64,000 nucleotides of DNA from the human T2T-CHM13v2.0 reference genome, Homo sapiens: the NCBI RefSeq assembly GCF_009914755.1, contig NC_060926.1. One strand, 5' to 3'. Below are positions 27,800 through 42,587 of this stretch, piece after piece. The notes below the pieces were generated by a model. It made no database searches. It saw only the letters and a list, made by a program, of their open reading frames with translations, and was not told the DNA's origin. Positions within the stretch are counted from its first letter, which is position 1. The number at the start of each line of letters is the position of its first letter. The translations under genes and the position numbers were made by a program.

Positions 27800-30700
27800 A
27801 TTAAATCCATAGAGCAAGATAATTTAACAGTTGTAAATATACATGCACCCAACATCAGATCACCTAAATATGTAAAGCAAATATTAATAGATCTGAAGAC
27901 TGAGATAGACTGCAATACAGTAATAATAGGGGACTCCGACACCACACTTTGAGCAATGCACAGGTCACCCAGACACAAAATCAGTAAGAAAATATCAGGC
28001 TTAAATGACTCTAGACCAGATAGTACTAACAGACATATATAAAATGTCAATAGCAGCAAAACATAGATTCTTCTCAAGTGCACATAGAACATACTGTAGG
28101 ATAGATCATATGTTAGGTTATAAAACAAGTCTTAACAAATTTAAAAAGACTGAAATTATATCAAGTATCTCTTCTGACCCCCAAACTAGAAATTAATAAT
28201 AGGATGAAGTTCAGAAAATTTACAAATACATGGAAATTAAATAACATGCTCTTGATCAACCAATGGACCAATAAAGAAATTAAAAGAAATGTAAAAATAT
28301 CTTGAGACAGATGAAAATAGAAACATAACATATCAAAACTATGGAATGCAGCAAAAGCAGTTCTAACAAGAAAGTTTATAGTTATAAACGTCTTACATCA
28401 AAAAATAAGCAAGATCTCAAACATCTTAATGTTGCACCTCAAGAAATTACGAAAACAAGAACAAACTAAGCCTGAAGTTAGTAGAGGGAAGGAAATAATA
28501 AAACTAGAATAGTAGTAAATAAAACAGACTACAAAAACACTTTTAAAGATCCATGAAATTGTTAGTTTTTTGAAAAGATAAACAAAATCAATAAACATTT
28601 AGCTAGACTAAATAGAAAAAAGGAAAAAAAGCCAGATATATGAAATTAGAAATGAAAAAGGAGACATCACAACAGCTATCACAGAACTACAAAGGATCAT
28701 TAAAGACAACTATAAATAACTACACACTGATCAACTCTAAAACCTAGAGGAAATGGATAAATTCCTGGACATATATAACCAACCAAGATTGAATTATGAA
28801 GAAATAGAATATCTGAACAAATCAATAACGAGTAAAAATATTAAATCAGTAATACAAAAATCCCCAACCAAAGAAAAGCCCAGAACCTGATGCCTTTACT
28901 GGTAAATTCTACCAAACAGTTAAAGAACTAACACCAATTCTTCTCAAACTCTTTCCATAAATTGAAGTGGAGAGAATACTTCCAAACTAGCTTTACGAGG
29001 GTAGCTTTACATGAAATCAAAGCCAGACAAGAACAATACAACAAATAAAACTATAGGCTGATATTGCTGATGAAAATAGATGGAAACATTCTCAAAAAAC
29101 ATGTTAGAAAACTGAATTTAACAGCACATTGGAAACATCTTTCATCAGGATCCAATGGGATTCATCCCAGGGATGCAAAAATGGTTCAACATATGCAACC
29201 TAGAAATGTAATACAACACATTATCAGAATGAAGGACAAAGGCCATATGATCATGTCAATAGAGGCAAAAAAAACCAAAAAACCTTTGACAGAATTAAAC
29301 ATCCTTTCATGATACAAACACTCAACAAATTAGAAATAGAAGGATGTAACTCAACACACTTAAGGTCATATATGATAATCTTACAGCTAATATCATACTC
29401 ACTGGTGAAAACTTGAGATCAGGAATAAGATAAGGATGTGCACTCTCACCACTTCTATTCAACGTAGTACTGGAAAGTCTAACCAGAGCAATTAGGTAAG
29501 AGAAACAAATAAAAAGCATCCAAATTGGAAAAAAATGCTAAATTGTCCTTGATTGCTGATGACATAATTTTATATTTAGGAAATCCTAAAGACTACATCA
29601 AAAAATTGTTAGAATTAATAAATTCAGTATAGCTGCAGCATATAAAGCCTACATACAAAAATCAATAGTGTTCCTATATAGTAACAGCAAGCCATCTGCA
29701 AAAGAAATTAATAAAACAATCTAATTTTCAATACCTACAAAACCCACAAAATATTTAGGAATAAATTTAACCAGAAAGGTGAAAAATCTTTGCACTAAAA
29801 ACCATAAAACATCAATACAAGAAACTAAATAAGATAAAAATCAATGGAAAGATATTCCCTGTTCATAGATCAGAAGAATTAATATTGTTAAAATGTCCTT
29901 ACTACCAAAAGTGATGTACAGATTCAATATGATCACTATCAAAATACCAATGACATTCTTCACAGAGATAGAGAAAATAATCCTAAAATTTGCATGGAAC
30001 CAAAAAATGCCTGTATTAGCCAAAGCAATCTTGAGCAAAAAGAACAATGCTAGAGGCATCATGCTACCTGACTTCAAAATGAACTAAAAGCTGTAGTAAC
30101 CAAACCAACGTGATACTGGTATAAAAATATACCTAGACCAGTGGAACAGAATAAATAACTTAGAAATAAATCTATTCATCTATAGCCAACTGATTTTCAA
30201 TGAAAGTGCAGGAATGCACAATGGAGAAAGGACAGTCAATTCAACAAATGGTGTTGGGAAAACTGGACATCCACTTGTAGAAGAATGAAATTGGACCCTT
30301 ATCTCATGTCGTATACAAAAGTCAACTCAAAATAAATTGAAGGCTTAAATATAAGACCCAAAACTGTATAACCACTAGAAGAAAACACAGAAGACAAGTT
30401 CCATGACATTGGTCTACACAGTGATTTTTTTGGATATGACCCCAAAAGTAGAGACAATGAAAGAAAACTAAAAAATAAGATTACATCAAACTAAAAAGTT
30501 TCTGCACATCAACAGAAACAATCAACAGATTGAAGAATCAACCTTTACAATGGGAGAAAATAATTGCAAATCACACATCTGATTAGGGGTTAATATCCAA
30601 ACTATATAAGGAACTCAAACAAATCAATAGCAAGAAAACAAATAACGATTTAACAATGGGCAAGGGATTTGAACAGACTTTTCTCAAAAGAAACATATGA

Positions 30701-31632
30701 AGGACCAATAGGTATATTAAAAGATGCTTAACATTACTAATTATCAAGGAAATGCAAATTAAAACCACAGTGACAAATCATCTTATACCTGTTAGAATGG
30801 CTATTATCAAAAAGACAAATATAATTGTTGGCAAGAATATGCAGAAAAGAGAGTCCTTACACACAGTGAGAATGTAAATTAGTACAGCCACTATGGAAAA
30901 TAATATAAAGGTTCCCCCAAAAATTAAAAATAGAAATTACCATATGATCCAGCAATCCCATTGCTGGGTATATATCCAAAGGGAATGACATCAGTATGTT
31001 GAAGAGATGTTTGCATTCCCATGTTTATTACAGCATTATTCACAATTAAATAGGTGGAATCAACCTAAGTATCCATCAACAGACAAATAAAGAAAACATG
31101 GTATGTATACACAATGGAATGTCATTTAGCTATTAAAAAAGACACAAATCCTGTCATTTATAACAACATGGATGAACCTGGATGACATTATGTTAAATGA
31201 GATAAGTCAGGGACAGAAAGACAAATACTGCGTGATCTCACTTGTGTGGAATTTTAAAAAGCTGATCTCATAGAAGTAGAGAGTAGAATGGTAGCTACCA
31301 GGGGCTGGGTCAAAGCTTGGGGATAGAAAGGGCAGTTAGGTATATGTTGGTCTAAAGACACAACATTTCAGTTGGGTAGGAAGAACATGTTCAAAAGATC
31401 TGTTGTACAACATGGTGACTACAGTTAATAACAATATATTGAATTCTCAAAAATGCTAAGAGAATAGATTTTAAATGTTCTCACCACAAAAGTGATAATT
31501 TTGTGAAATAATGCATAAGTAGATTAGCTAGACTTAGCCATTCTGCAATATACATATATTTCAAAACATCATTTTGTACACAATAAATGCAAACACTTTT
31601 ATCTGCCTATTAAAAATTAAACTGAAAAAAAA
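27800..31632 (+). mobile_element. L1MA (about MA5/6) 5'-truncated, decayed ORF2 plus 3' UTR
   Basis: ORF fragments match L1 ORF2: LTVVNIHAPN...VIIGD (endonuclease), [29 protein letters not shown]...[15 protein letters not shown]. Many stops and frameshifts; L1MA-type 3' UTR. Confidence 0.93.
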
Positions 31633-32290
31633 GAGTCCCCTTTGATCACATCTGAATTTATGCTAATGAGATGGCTTTGAGTGGGGCTCCTAGATAGCCT
31701 CAGGATGGGCCTTGTCACCAGAAAGACCAAACGATTAGAGAGTTGGAAATTTCAGTTCCACCCACCAACCGACTGAGATGGGAGGAGGGGTGGAGACTGA
31801 GTTATAAAAACTCTTGGACAATGAGATTCAGTGTCCCAGTTGGCGAGCACATTGAAATCTTGGGAGGGCGGTGCACCCAGACAGGACACAAAAGCTCTGC
31901 ACTACCCTCCACCCCCAACAACTCACCCTATGTATCTCTTCTATTTGTCTGTTACTGAGTTGTAGCCTTTATAATAAACCAATAATGTCAATAAAGTGTT
32001 TTCCTGAGCTCTGAGATCTGTGAGCCTCTAGTAAAGTATCAAACCTCAGGAGAGAGTTATGAGAAACCTTGATTTATAGCCAGTTGGTCAGAGATACCAG
32101 AGGCCTGAGACTTGAGACTGGTATCTGAAATGGGGGAGTCTGGTGGCAACACAGAGCCCTTCAGCATATGGAGTCTCCCACTAACTCCAGAGTCCTTTAA
32201 CCTATGGGGTCTGCCACTAACTCCAAGTATATAGTATCAGAATGGAATTGAATTGTCGGACACTTGGTGTCAGAGGATTTGAGAATCTCA
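31633..32290 (+). mobile_element. MER21-like LTR, 3' portion
   Basis: Contains tttatgctaatgag, ctagatagcctcaggatggg, gtcaccagaaagacca, gatttatagccagttggtcaga and tcagaatggaattgaattg. Confidence 0.8.
32152..32223. repeat. 36-bp tandem duplication inside the MER21-like LTR
   Basis: cagagcccttcagcatatggagtctcccactaactc versus cagagtcctttaacctatggggtctgccactaactc, 30/36 identical. Confidence 0.85.
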
Positions 32291-33340
32291 CAATACATAA
32301 ATACAATTAAGAAGTGAGTAAATGAAGTTGGACATAAGCATTAAATACAACATTAATCTTTTCAGTTTTAGGACATCAAAGACATAAATAAAAAAGGCTT
32401 CTCATGTTCTAGGACCACTCCTAAATCAAGATGAAGAGCAAACTGCAAACCAACACAGCAATGTTTATCTAGAATACAACTAGACAAACACACTGTCTTT
32501 ATCGAGTCTAACCTAGTCCTTCTTCTCTAGTATTCACATCCAAAGACTGTATAGATAGAATGCACGGTTGTCTTGATGGTAATTGAATGAATACACAGGA
32601 CCTACTGTGAATTTCATTCAGTGTTTTCTCTAGCAGAAAGTATGACTCATAGTCATCCTTTATATACATATAATACTTTTTATTTACAGGCAGTTTTATA
32701 TCCATTATTTCATTTGATTCACTTATTTACAACCAGTGCTGCTCCTGCATTTTGAATGTCATCAATCAAATTCAGAATTCTAGGTGGAACTCAAAAAGAA
32801 ATTCATTGCTCTGTCAGGTGTTACGTTGCCTGAGTAGCACATATACATAAATGAACAAGCTGGGTGGTCCCATTCATTTTGCTGATTTTGTGCTGTGCCT
32901 TTGCAAAACTGAAATTGTAATTTAAGAGGCCTATTGCACAGCTTCAGAACAGCAAGACATTATTTGTTTCAAACTCAGTTTGCTCCGGTGTTTTCAGCCC
33001 AAAGTGGAATGCAAAAATCCCCTAGTATTCTATTTATGTCCCAAAAAAATCATATTCAACAAAGTCACTGCAGATGATCAATGATGCAAGATGTTATTAG
33101 CATAGGTGGTTAAAATAGAGAAGAAAGAAAATGTTCTTGATAATTCCAAAAACTTAGAAAGGGAGGGAAAATTGGAGGGTCTCTCTTAGATTACTGGGAA
33201 ATAAAATCACATGCTTCCAGGACTAATTCAGTAAAGATGAAATCTAAATAAAAGGAGACTAAAAAAAAAATTTTTTTTTCACTCACATTAAGAGGAACCA
33301 CTAATAGGCCCACGCTTGAGATAAGGAAAATATTAATAAA

Positions 33341-33779
33341 TGTCAACCTGAGATCATCAAAGCATCAGAAAGTAGTTTACAGAGAGTTTATTCAAGCACA
33401 AAGGTTGAGGCTGCAACCCGGGACACACTTCCAAGTTGCCTTGCGGGGTGCTCTGGAGAGCAAAAGAGAGGCTCAAGTTTATAAAGATTAAAATGACCAA
33501 TCAGCAGAGGGGGTGATTACAAAAGTTTTTCATCAGGAATTCTTATTGGTTTACATAAATAACATTTGTTCATGATTGGCTATACATTGTTGAACTACTG
33601 AATATTTGGTAATTTATGGCTTCTTGGTGTCAGTCTAGAGCCTGCATAGCAAGTGGCTTAAGAGGTAATTCTTTAGCTCAAGGGGGAGTGAGACATAGGG
33701 GATATTACATTTTAAATACTTTTGTGGGCCTGATCATTTAAAAGAGCTGTCATTCCTCAGATAAAAGGTTTCTTTTTCA
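33341..33779 (-). mobile_element. ERV1-type solo LTR (MER93/MER34-group-like)
   Basis: TG...CA ends. Minus strand starts tgaaaaagaaaccttttatctgaggaatg...tcaggccc, has CCAAT boxes, and has AATAAA near its 3' end. Confidence 0.7.
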
Positions 33780-34548
33780 GAGACATCATCAAGCTATGGA
33801 ATGTATTTCATCAGATATACAAAACAAAGTATTGTAAACTAAAGTGTAAATGTGAGTCCTAAAAATTCTTAGTCATCTTCACCTGAGCAAACAGTCAAAG
33901 GACAGCAATTCTCAGCCAGTCACTGGGGCCCTATACCAAACACTTTGTTCCTTGGGGTTCCCAAGGACTTACGTATCTTACAACAAATCTGACTAAGTGA
34001 ACAAGCAAATTATATATATTATTACTGTAAATGCATTTAAATCATTCAAAACATACGTAGTGGGAAAAAAAGCCCTATATCTTTACTTACAATTTTTAGT
34101 ACACAACAAAGTGATCAAATCCATTAACATTCCTCTGGATTAAGACAAATTCTGCATCTCAAAAACCATGGAGAAGCTGCAGAAGCTTAAAGAAATTCTA
34201 ATATGAAAATTTAACTCTAGATCCAAGTCACTTCTGGCCTGACAGAGCTGAGAAGGCTTCTCTTCTGAATGACAGTGAGAGAAAACCAGTACCTGGAGTC
34301 ATCTGGGGTTCAAATCCCAAATCTACCACTTAGTCTCATTCTCTAATTGATACTATGGTGACTTCTATTTTAGGTAATGAAATGAGATAACACTAGTTTA
34401 TAAAGTACTAACCACTTGAACAGTATTAATACCAAGAAGGAAAACAGAATGTGGATCTATCCATTTGTGTTCAGGGACAGACCAATCTAAACTAAGCATG
34501 TCCGGAAAGCAAGACGTGACATGAAGGACAATGTTGAGCATGAGTGTG

Positions 34549-34650
34549 TCAACTATTTACCGAGCGCCTATGATATGCCAGGTACTGTGCTAGCAGCAAG
34601 GTGTACAATAAGCAGAACAGAATCCTTGCCTTCAAGATGCTAACCATCTA
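34549..34650 (-). mobile_element. L2 3' end
   Basis: tatttaccgagcgcctatgatatgccaggtactgtgctag ... ccttgccttcaag. Confidence 0.7.
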
Positions 34651-34737
34651 ATAAAATAATATCATATGGCAGGTTTTCTGCTGAGTTTCGGGTTAATGGA
34701 TTGTCTGCTCAAAGGTTTGAAGAATACTGCAGTAAAA

Positions 34738-34897
34738 AATAATAGCTCTCTTAGTGCCAGGCACTGCTCTAAGTATTTTACATAAATTCACTCTTTTAAG
34801 CTTTCAAACCATCCAATGAAGCAGCTGCTATTATTATCCCTGATTTTACTGACAGACACAGAGAGGTTGAGTAGCTTGCTCAAGGTCACACACAGCA
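34738..34897 (-). mobile_element. MIR
   Basis: gtgccaggcactgctctaag ... cagagaggttgagtagcttgctcaaggtcacac. Confidence 0.75.
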
Positions 34898-34942
34898 GGG
34901 TTTTTCAGAACTTTGCATTTTGAATTTCTTAAAAAGATTGGA

Positions 34943-35306
<364 letters not shown>

Positions 35307-36591
35307 TCATAGAATCAATGTTTTAAAGGAAATACCTAAGAAAAGATGATGAAACAAGCTAAAGGGAAAGAATAAAACTTTATTTCTAATTCTACTTTGC
35401 TGTATGTCATCAGCCACATTAAAGACTTAGCTTATTTCATTCATTTTGAGAAAGTTAAAGTCCCAATACACTACCTCTATTGTCTTGCCCTTGTGCTCAA
35501 GGGTTAGACTATCACTTCTAACAGATTTGGGACTGAAAATGGTACATAGATAGCACCGTGGAACAGAATGCAAGGCTGGCTTTTCAGCACACCTAGTAAT
35601 GACTGCATCCTGGAGTCTGGGTTCATTACAGAGCTATAACTTAGAGAAGAAAAAGAAATCTGACAAGTCTTTTTCATAACAAGATCAAAGAGACTGTGAC
35701 AGATTGTGAAAATACAGCCTTATTTTTCAAGTTGTTAATTTGTCTCCTTGCTGCTTCCCCGAGAGAGGCTGCTTATGAAGGGCCCTTTCATAGAGGAAGT
35801 TTAACAAGTGGTTGAGGATGCCCTTCTCAGCTGAATGGTTTGAATGGCTTAACCTTGGGTGAGCAAATAGGGCTCTCATTGATTAGCAAGTGACAAGGTG
35901 CAAAGGGGAAAAGGAACATTTTTTTTATTTGGAACCTGAGTTTTTAACAACACAATCACAGGTCATTGTGGGTTTCTTGAAAGTAAAGTAGAACGTAACA
36001 TAGGCAATTATGTATCACCTATACTCAGCTCTCAAACCTAGTGAATAATACTTAAATTTGAATGTTCTTTATCCCTCCTCCAAATATAAATATTCCAAAA
36101 ATAATCAATGGCAAAAAGGTCAAATTGCTCATTACCTTGGTCAGACTTAAGCAGCTCCTTTTGTGACCCATATGCTTCTAGTACACATTTTAATAAAGAC
36201 AAATTTCACAATACTGCACTGTGATTAATATAGTCCCTTTTCTGTACAACAGTTTAATGAGGTCAAATTTGAGAAGGGTTTTTAGAAAGTATTCCAAATG
36301 CATTAGATATATCCAACCAAGAATTATGAAACCAAAATAATAATTAATATTCATAGATCCCTGTACTGTTTACAAAATACAGAATGTGAGAAAATTGAGA
36401 ATGCTGAAGGTGAGTGGATGAGAGGCCTCCTGACTGATGCTTCTGTTCTCTCAAAGAAAAATGAAGCAAGGTCATCAGCAGGTAGAGCAGGGAACAGGAG
36501 ATGGGGTGGAATGCCCATCTGAGATCTGTGGCCAGAAATTTAAAGTAAAAACATTCAGCAAGCATGTGTATTTTTCTTTAGGAACATTTGA

Positions 36592-37044
<453 letters not shown>

Positions 37045-37214
37045 TAGAGTCTTATCTGTTTGTGTGTTTTTTTTTTTAAAGCAAATGAAAACACAAAATA
37101 GAATAACTGAGAGTGAGATGGTGATAGATTTGGTGGACAGGAGGTCTTACGAGGTCAAAGGCATGAGCATGGGAGTCCATGGCTTAGGTGCATAGAAGAT
37201 TAGATCATTAACCT

Positions 37215-37390
37215 TTGTATAAATTATCTCAACAGCTCCTCACCAGGCCAAAAGGGAATCATTATTGCCATTTTACAGATGAGGAAAATTAAGCTCAAAG
37301 AATTTCAATGTCTTGTATAAAATCACAGAGTACATAATAGTGGGAACCAGGACTAGAACCCATGTCTTTGAACTGCAAATCCTGGACTCT
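37215..37390 (-). mobile_element. MIR
   Basis: ccattttacagatgaggaaa ... gaaccaggactagaaccca. Confidence 0.75.
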
Positions 37391-39294
37391 CAACAGAAGA
37401 ATAAGGATAATTTTCTAAGAAGATATTTCATGTCATCTCCACTATTCATTTCGTTCATTACTCTCCAAAAGAATGCTTTCTCTGGGAGGATAAGGAAAAA
37501 GGGATGTTTGGATTAAAATGTTGAATGGCATAGCCGCAGAAGACTCAAATTGTATCTCTTTGGGACTATTCCCCATCCAACACGGGAAAATAAAATTTTC
37601 CGGAGACTTAAAAAGACAGTTTCAATGCATCATCAGAATGCGTCTAGGGTTCAATTTCAGATCCTACTTACGTATTAGCGGTACTGCAGAACAGAATTAG
37701 TATAGAGCTACCTATCAAAGCCCTTGATCACAAGGAACCATGCCTACCACATGACAGTGTGACTCTCAGTTTATGAGCCTAAGTTTAAAACTGCTTCTGT
37801 TCCTTAAGGTTACCAAGGATCCTCAAGAATGCACATGAGAGGCATCTGATCCAAAACACATGTTATTCTTGCCTGTTCAAAGAGACGGCAACCAGACTAC
37901 ACTTGAGTTTTCACTGAAGGAAAACAAGGTGTACTTCTATTTCATGCTTAGGGAAGTAAGAAAATTTCAAGAGAACAAGTTCATTTCATTCTTATGTAGA
38001 TTGTGAATTTTGCCCACCTAGACAGATATTGGGAAGTAAATATCACAACAGGTAGAATACACAAAGCAGCAAGGCTTTACGATCCACTCAATGCTTTTGC
38101 TTTATGGATGCAGACATTTACTTTTTTGTTCCCTGTCTTCTTTTGTAAATAACGTGAAGCACAAGAACCCCTGCTATCAATATGGGAAAATATAAATAAG
38201 GATGCAAAACCAGAACTAGAGAAAATGTACATATGAGTATAAAGATGAGTGAAAACAAAGAAAGTACAGATGTACAGGCTGAGGAGTTCTCCCTCAATGC
38301 GATCACTGATCTGTAAATGTGGCTTAAACTTCCTGGAGGTCACTGTATGAGGATGGGGAAGTCTACCAAATCAGGTTATTGGTTTAATAATGAATATTCA
38401 TTATTTAAAACCAGGTTTTCACATCTCTGAACTGAGAGTTCTTCCCCTCAGGGTTATTTCTTTACTTCCTCATAATGAATGCAGGTGCAAGCCTTAGATC
38501 AGCCTGCACCTGGTCCCTGAACTGACCTCACCAGAGAGCCAGTGCCACCCGCAAAAGGAAACCCAGGATAGGGAAGAGCTGTTACTCAACAGCTGCCTTG
38601 AGAGGTGTTCTGTCTGATTAATCTATAATTACCTCTATTTTTGTTTTGTTGTTGTTATTAATGTTGTTAGTGGTTAGTTGGTTTTTATACCACCTTTTCC
38701 AATACCTGGATCTTCTGGTTTTCACATCATCTTCCTGACTTATATATGGCCCTGGAGTGTCCACTAAAACCCAGGATACAGCTGCACAAGTGTCCACTCC
38801 CCCTTCCATTGGTGTTCTGGTTCCTAATTCTTGGATAATGACCCTCATATAGTCCTGATGATAGTTCAAAGTCTTCTCTTCCAACCCATATGGCTGAAAC
38901 TGAGTGGATTTCAAATATATCTTTAGACTGAATTTAAAACTCAGTGACAACCCTCCAAATAATAACTAACAAAAGAGCCTTGATGAATGAGCAAAATCAT
39001 TAATGGAAATAGGTGAAACAAGATAAAAAGACCCAGGCAATGCCTATGTCTTTCTCTCCGCCTGAATCAAAGGCCATGCATTGTCAATGTGTTATTAAAT
39101 GTATTGATCTCATTTGTGTTGTTTGTAACATGGCCCTAAAGCTTGTGGAACAGGTAGAAGACATTCGCAATCAAATCTGGCACAGTGCCCAGCAGAACAT
39201 TTACTTCACAGATGCAATGTTACTGATGATGAAAACGTTAGAAGGGTGGAAATAATTTGGAAATCCTTCAGTGGAAAGCAACAAAGATAGCTAT

Positions 39295-39605
39295 TAAACA
39301 GTTGAAAATGATCTACACTTAGGGGAAGGTTTGTAGAACTAGGCTATTTAGCCTGCAGAAGAGGCAGTTAAGTGCAGCATGATAGTAAATCCATGCTTAC
39401 ATGGTATCACTTATAAAGATCATAAACAACTCTTCTCACCTTGATCCATTACAGAACAAGGGAGAAAGAACCTGAGTGGAAAATCAAGAATTTCAGCTCT
39501 ATCTAAGCCATATGCATATATGCATGCAAGAGCTTCTTTTGAAAATCAGAGTTTTAATGACTAGATTTGGATTTTGTGGCAAAGAGATTGCAATTCATCT
39601 CCTGA
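39295..39605 (+). mobile_element. CR1/L3 LINE 3' relic
   Basis: gaactaggctatttagcctgcagaagag ... catgatag ... cagaacaagg ... atttcagctctatctaag resembles the L3 3' end. Confidence 0.55.
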
Positions 39606-39703
39606 AATAAAAAAAAAAATAGAACAGCAACCTCCTATCTCCCAACATCTCCATTTTACAATGAAAATCTTTATTGTTCATCAGCTGCAATATTCTTTCA
39701 GAT

Positions 39704-39752
39704 TTTATATATTTTATATATAAATATATATATATTTCATATATATATATAA
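39704..39752. repeat. (TA)n-rich tract
   Basis: Interrupted TA repeats. Confidence 0.8.
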
Positions 39753-40172
39753 TTTAATATCAGACACCTGGCTAGAAATCAACAGGCAGAGTGTATTTGA
39801 TTTTGTGCCTGAAAACAGTTGTTTAAAGTGCTCAACTCCAGCACTTTACTCCAGGAACACCTTATAATAGTCATTTTCAGCAGTCTGTTTAAATCCCCTG
39901 GATTATCTATTTGAAGCCATAAATGTGCTAGCACCCAGCAACTGAACCTCCTGTGAACCCATGTTATTTTTTAAGGTTGTTATAGATGGATTTGGTTACT
40001 AATTTTTTATGGAGCAGGGACACACTGCCACATAATATAAACAATTTCTCCTTGTGCATAAATCACCCTTCCCCTGTGCGGTAGAGTAGCCCTTGGAACA
40101 GCTGGTATCTGAGGATGGCTGTTTACTTAAGACTTTGTTCTCAAGTCGATAAGAACTGTCAGACTAAGGAAG

Positions 40173-40234
40173 TATATATATATATATATACTTCTCTTCA
40201 TATATACATATATATATATATATATTTCATATAT
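40173..40234. repeat. (TA)n microsatellite, two blocks
   Basis: (TA)9 followed by a second TA block. Confidence 0.85.
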
Positions 40235-40769
40235 GGGGACATCCCAAACACAAAGCATAAAATCTTCATTATTTAGGCTTCATTTCAGTATTTGAGGATA
40301 TAAACAGGTCCATTTGGTTGGATTTAGCTCTGCTCAATTAAAGCTGAATTTATGCCATACCATCAAGCATCAGTATTGACATTTGGTGGCATTCAAGATG
40401 TTATTTACACTCAGCATACTGAACGTCCGTGCAACTGTTTGCATTAGGTTCAAGCCTCAGGCTCTTTGTTTGCTGAGGTTCACCTAACGTAGTTTAGCCC
40501 CATAAAGATTCCTGAAAGAGGCTCTTTGAGCTAAAGCAACTCCATAGAAAGTCATGCATGTGCAGCGTAAAATTTATCAGCCATCTGTCAGGAAAATGTA
40601 TCCATATGCTTCTTAGTGCATTTGTCAAATCAGACATCAGCTCAAGCCCTCATAATCATGTTGGAGAAAGAGCAATTCTCACCTCACCCCCCATCAAATC
40701 TGTTGACCTTAAATGGCTTCCTATTTTACTGTTTTCTCATGTATTACTAACATTTAATTTTCTTGATAA

Positions 40770-40880
40770 TCCTCAGAAGTATCATTACTCCTAGTTTATA
40801 AGTAAGAAAATTGAAGCTGACAGAGATTGAGATTTGCCCCAAGGTTGCACAACCAGCAAATGGTAAAACTCATGAACTCT
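40770..40880 (-). mobile_element. MIR fragment
   Basis: aagaaaattgaagct...cagagattgagatttgccccaaggttgcacaaccagcaaatgg. Confidence 0.6.
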
Positions 40881-40934
40881 CAGCAAAGGGAACAATACAC
40901 TCCCTATAGTTACCTGCTATTGGGGTGGGGGAAA

Positions 40935-40936
<2 letters not shown>

Positions 40937-40973
<37 letters not shown>
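40937..40973. repeat. (CA)n microsatellite
   Basis: About 18 perfect AC units. Confidence 0.95.
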
Positions 40974-40976
<3 letters not shown>

Positions 40977-41008
40977 CCATCCACACATAGATACATGCAT
41001 ATGTTTTT

Positions 41009-41201
41009 TTTTTTTTTTAAACAGAGTCTCGCTCTGTCACCCAGGCATGCTCCACAATGCCCGGCTAATTTTTGTGTTTTTAGTAGAGATTAGATCTCGC
41101 TATGTTGGCCAGTCTGGTCTCCCACTCCTAACTTTAAGTAATCAGCCCACCTCAGCCTCCCAAACTGCTGGGATTATAGGCATGAGCCACCATGCCCAGC
41201 C
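41009..41201 (-). mobile_element. Alu with internal right-arm deletion
   Basis: Both ends and TSD atgcatatgttttt (40995-41008, 41202-41215) are present, but the element is only ~190 bp. Confidence 0.9.
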
Positions 41202-42196
41202 ATGCATATGTTTTTATATATACATATATGTGTGGATGTGTGTGGGTACACAAACCATAAAGTTAGCAAATGTCCCTACCTCTTTGCTTGAATAGTTTAG
41301 AATTTAAAAAATATATATTCAATCAAAACACCAGGATTTAATTACTCCATACTTTGAAGTTCTTAAAAGGTCCAATGAATTGCAGATATTATTAGACTTA
41401 ACTTTACGATAGGAGAGGACTTGCCCTGTGACTTACTTGGCACAAAAAAGAGGAGTCATTTTTCTCTACCTCAAAGTTTTCCATGTCATTGTCATATTCT
41501 AAATATTTAATGAGTTGAATTTTCTCATATTGCCCTCTGCTTTTACACAGCTCAGTTGCCAATCAGAGAAAACTAGAACTCTTCCTATTAGTCTCTTCTT
41601 TGGCTCCAGACACTAAAGGCTATTGCTCTAGAATACTAATATACTATCTGACAGTGATGAAACAATGGTTGCCTATTAACATCTTAGCACAAGTAAAATT
41701 AAAAAGTAGCCAAACATATGACAAGATTTCAAGAGACTGCCACTTCAGGTAGATAAGTTTTTGTGTGATAGCTGGAAAGGTCTACATAGAGCCAGTGAGT
41801 TTAAGCTTATTCCATGCTTGTCCAGAAGATGAGGAGTCAAAATCATTGCCAGACAATAAAATTGCATCAATAGCCATGAAGAGTCAAGAAGGTCCATCTA
41901 AATAGATGCGACTCAAACATGAATCCAGCGCATAAGGCGAAGAGCATTGAATCTAGATTTCTTCTACTGGTAAACTTGCTAAACATCAAAGTTTTATGAT
42001 GTAATTTAAAAAAAATTAATCTGAACTACTACTCAAATTCATGTAATTAGTTACTTCCAGCTTCTTTACTTGTACAGTGTTAATTAATCCAGCCTGCCAG
42101 CATGATTCCTGGAAGGAACTCATATAATAACGATAGCAGGGCCAGATGCTAGTGCCTGACACATCCACAGATTCATGTGGACTAGAAAAATGTGAA

Positions 42197-42544
<348 letters not shown>

Positions 42545-42587
42545 TTAGGTTCCCACGGTTTGAGTAGGATATTGGATATCAGGATCT

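Noticed and set aside
27758-30087. Endonuclease and reverse-transcriptase-like ORFs as a functional retroelement system
   Set aside because: Fragments of a 5'-truncated L1MA ORF2 with many stops and frameshifts.
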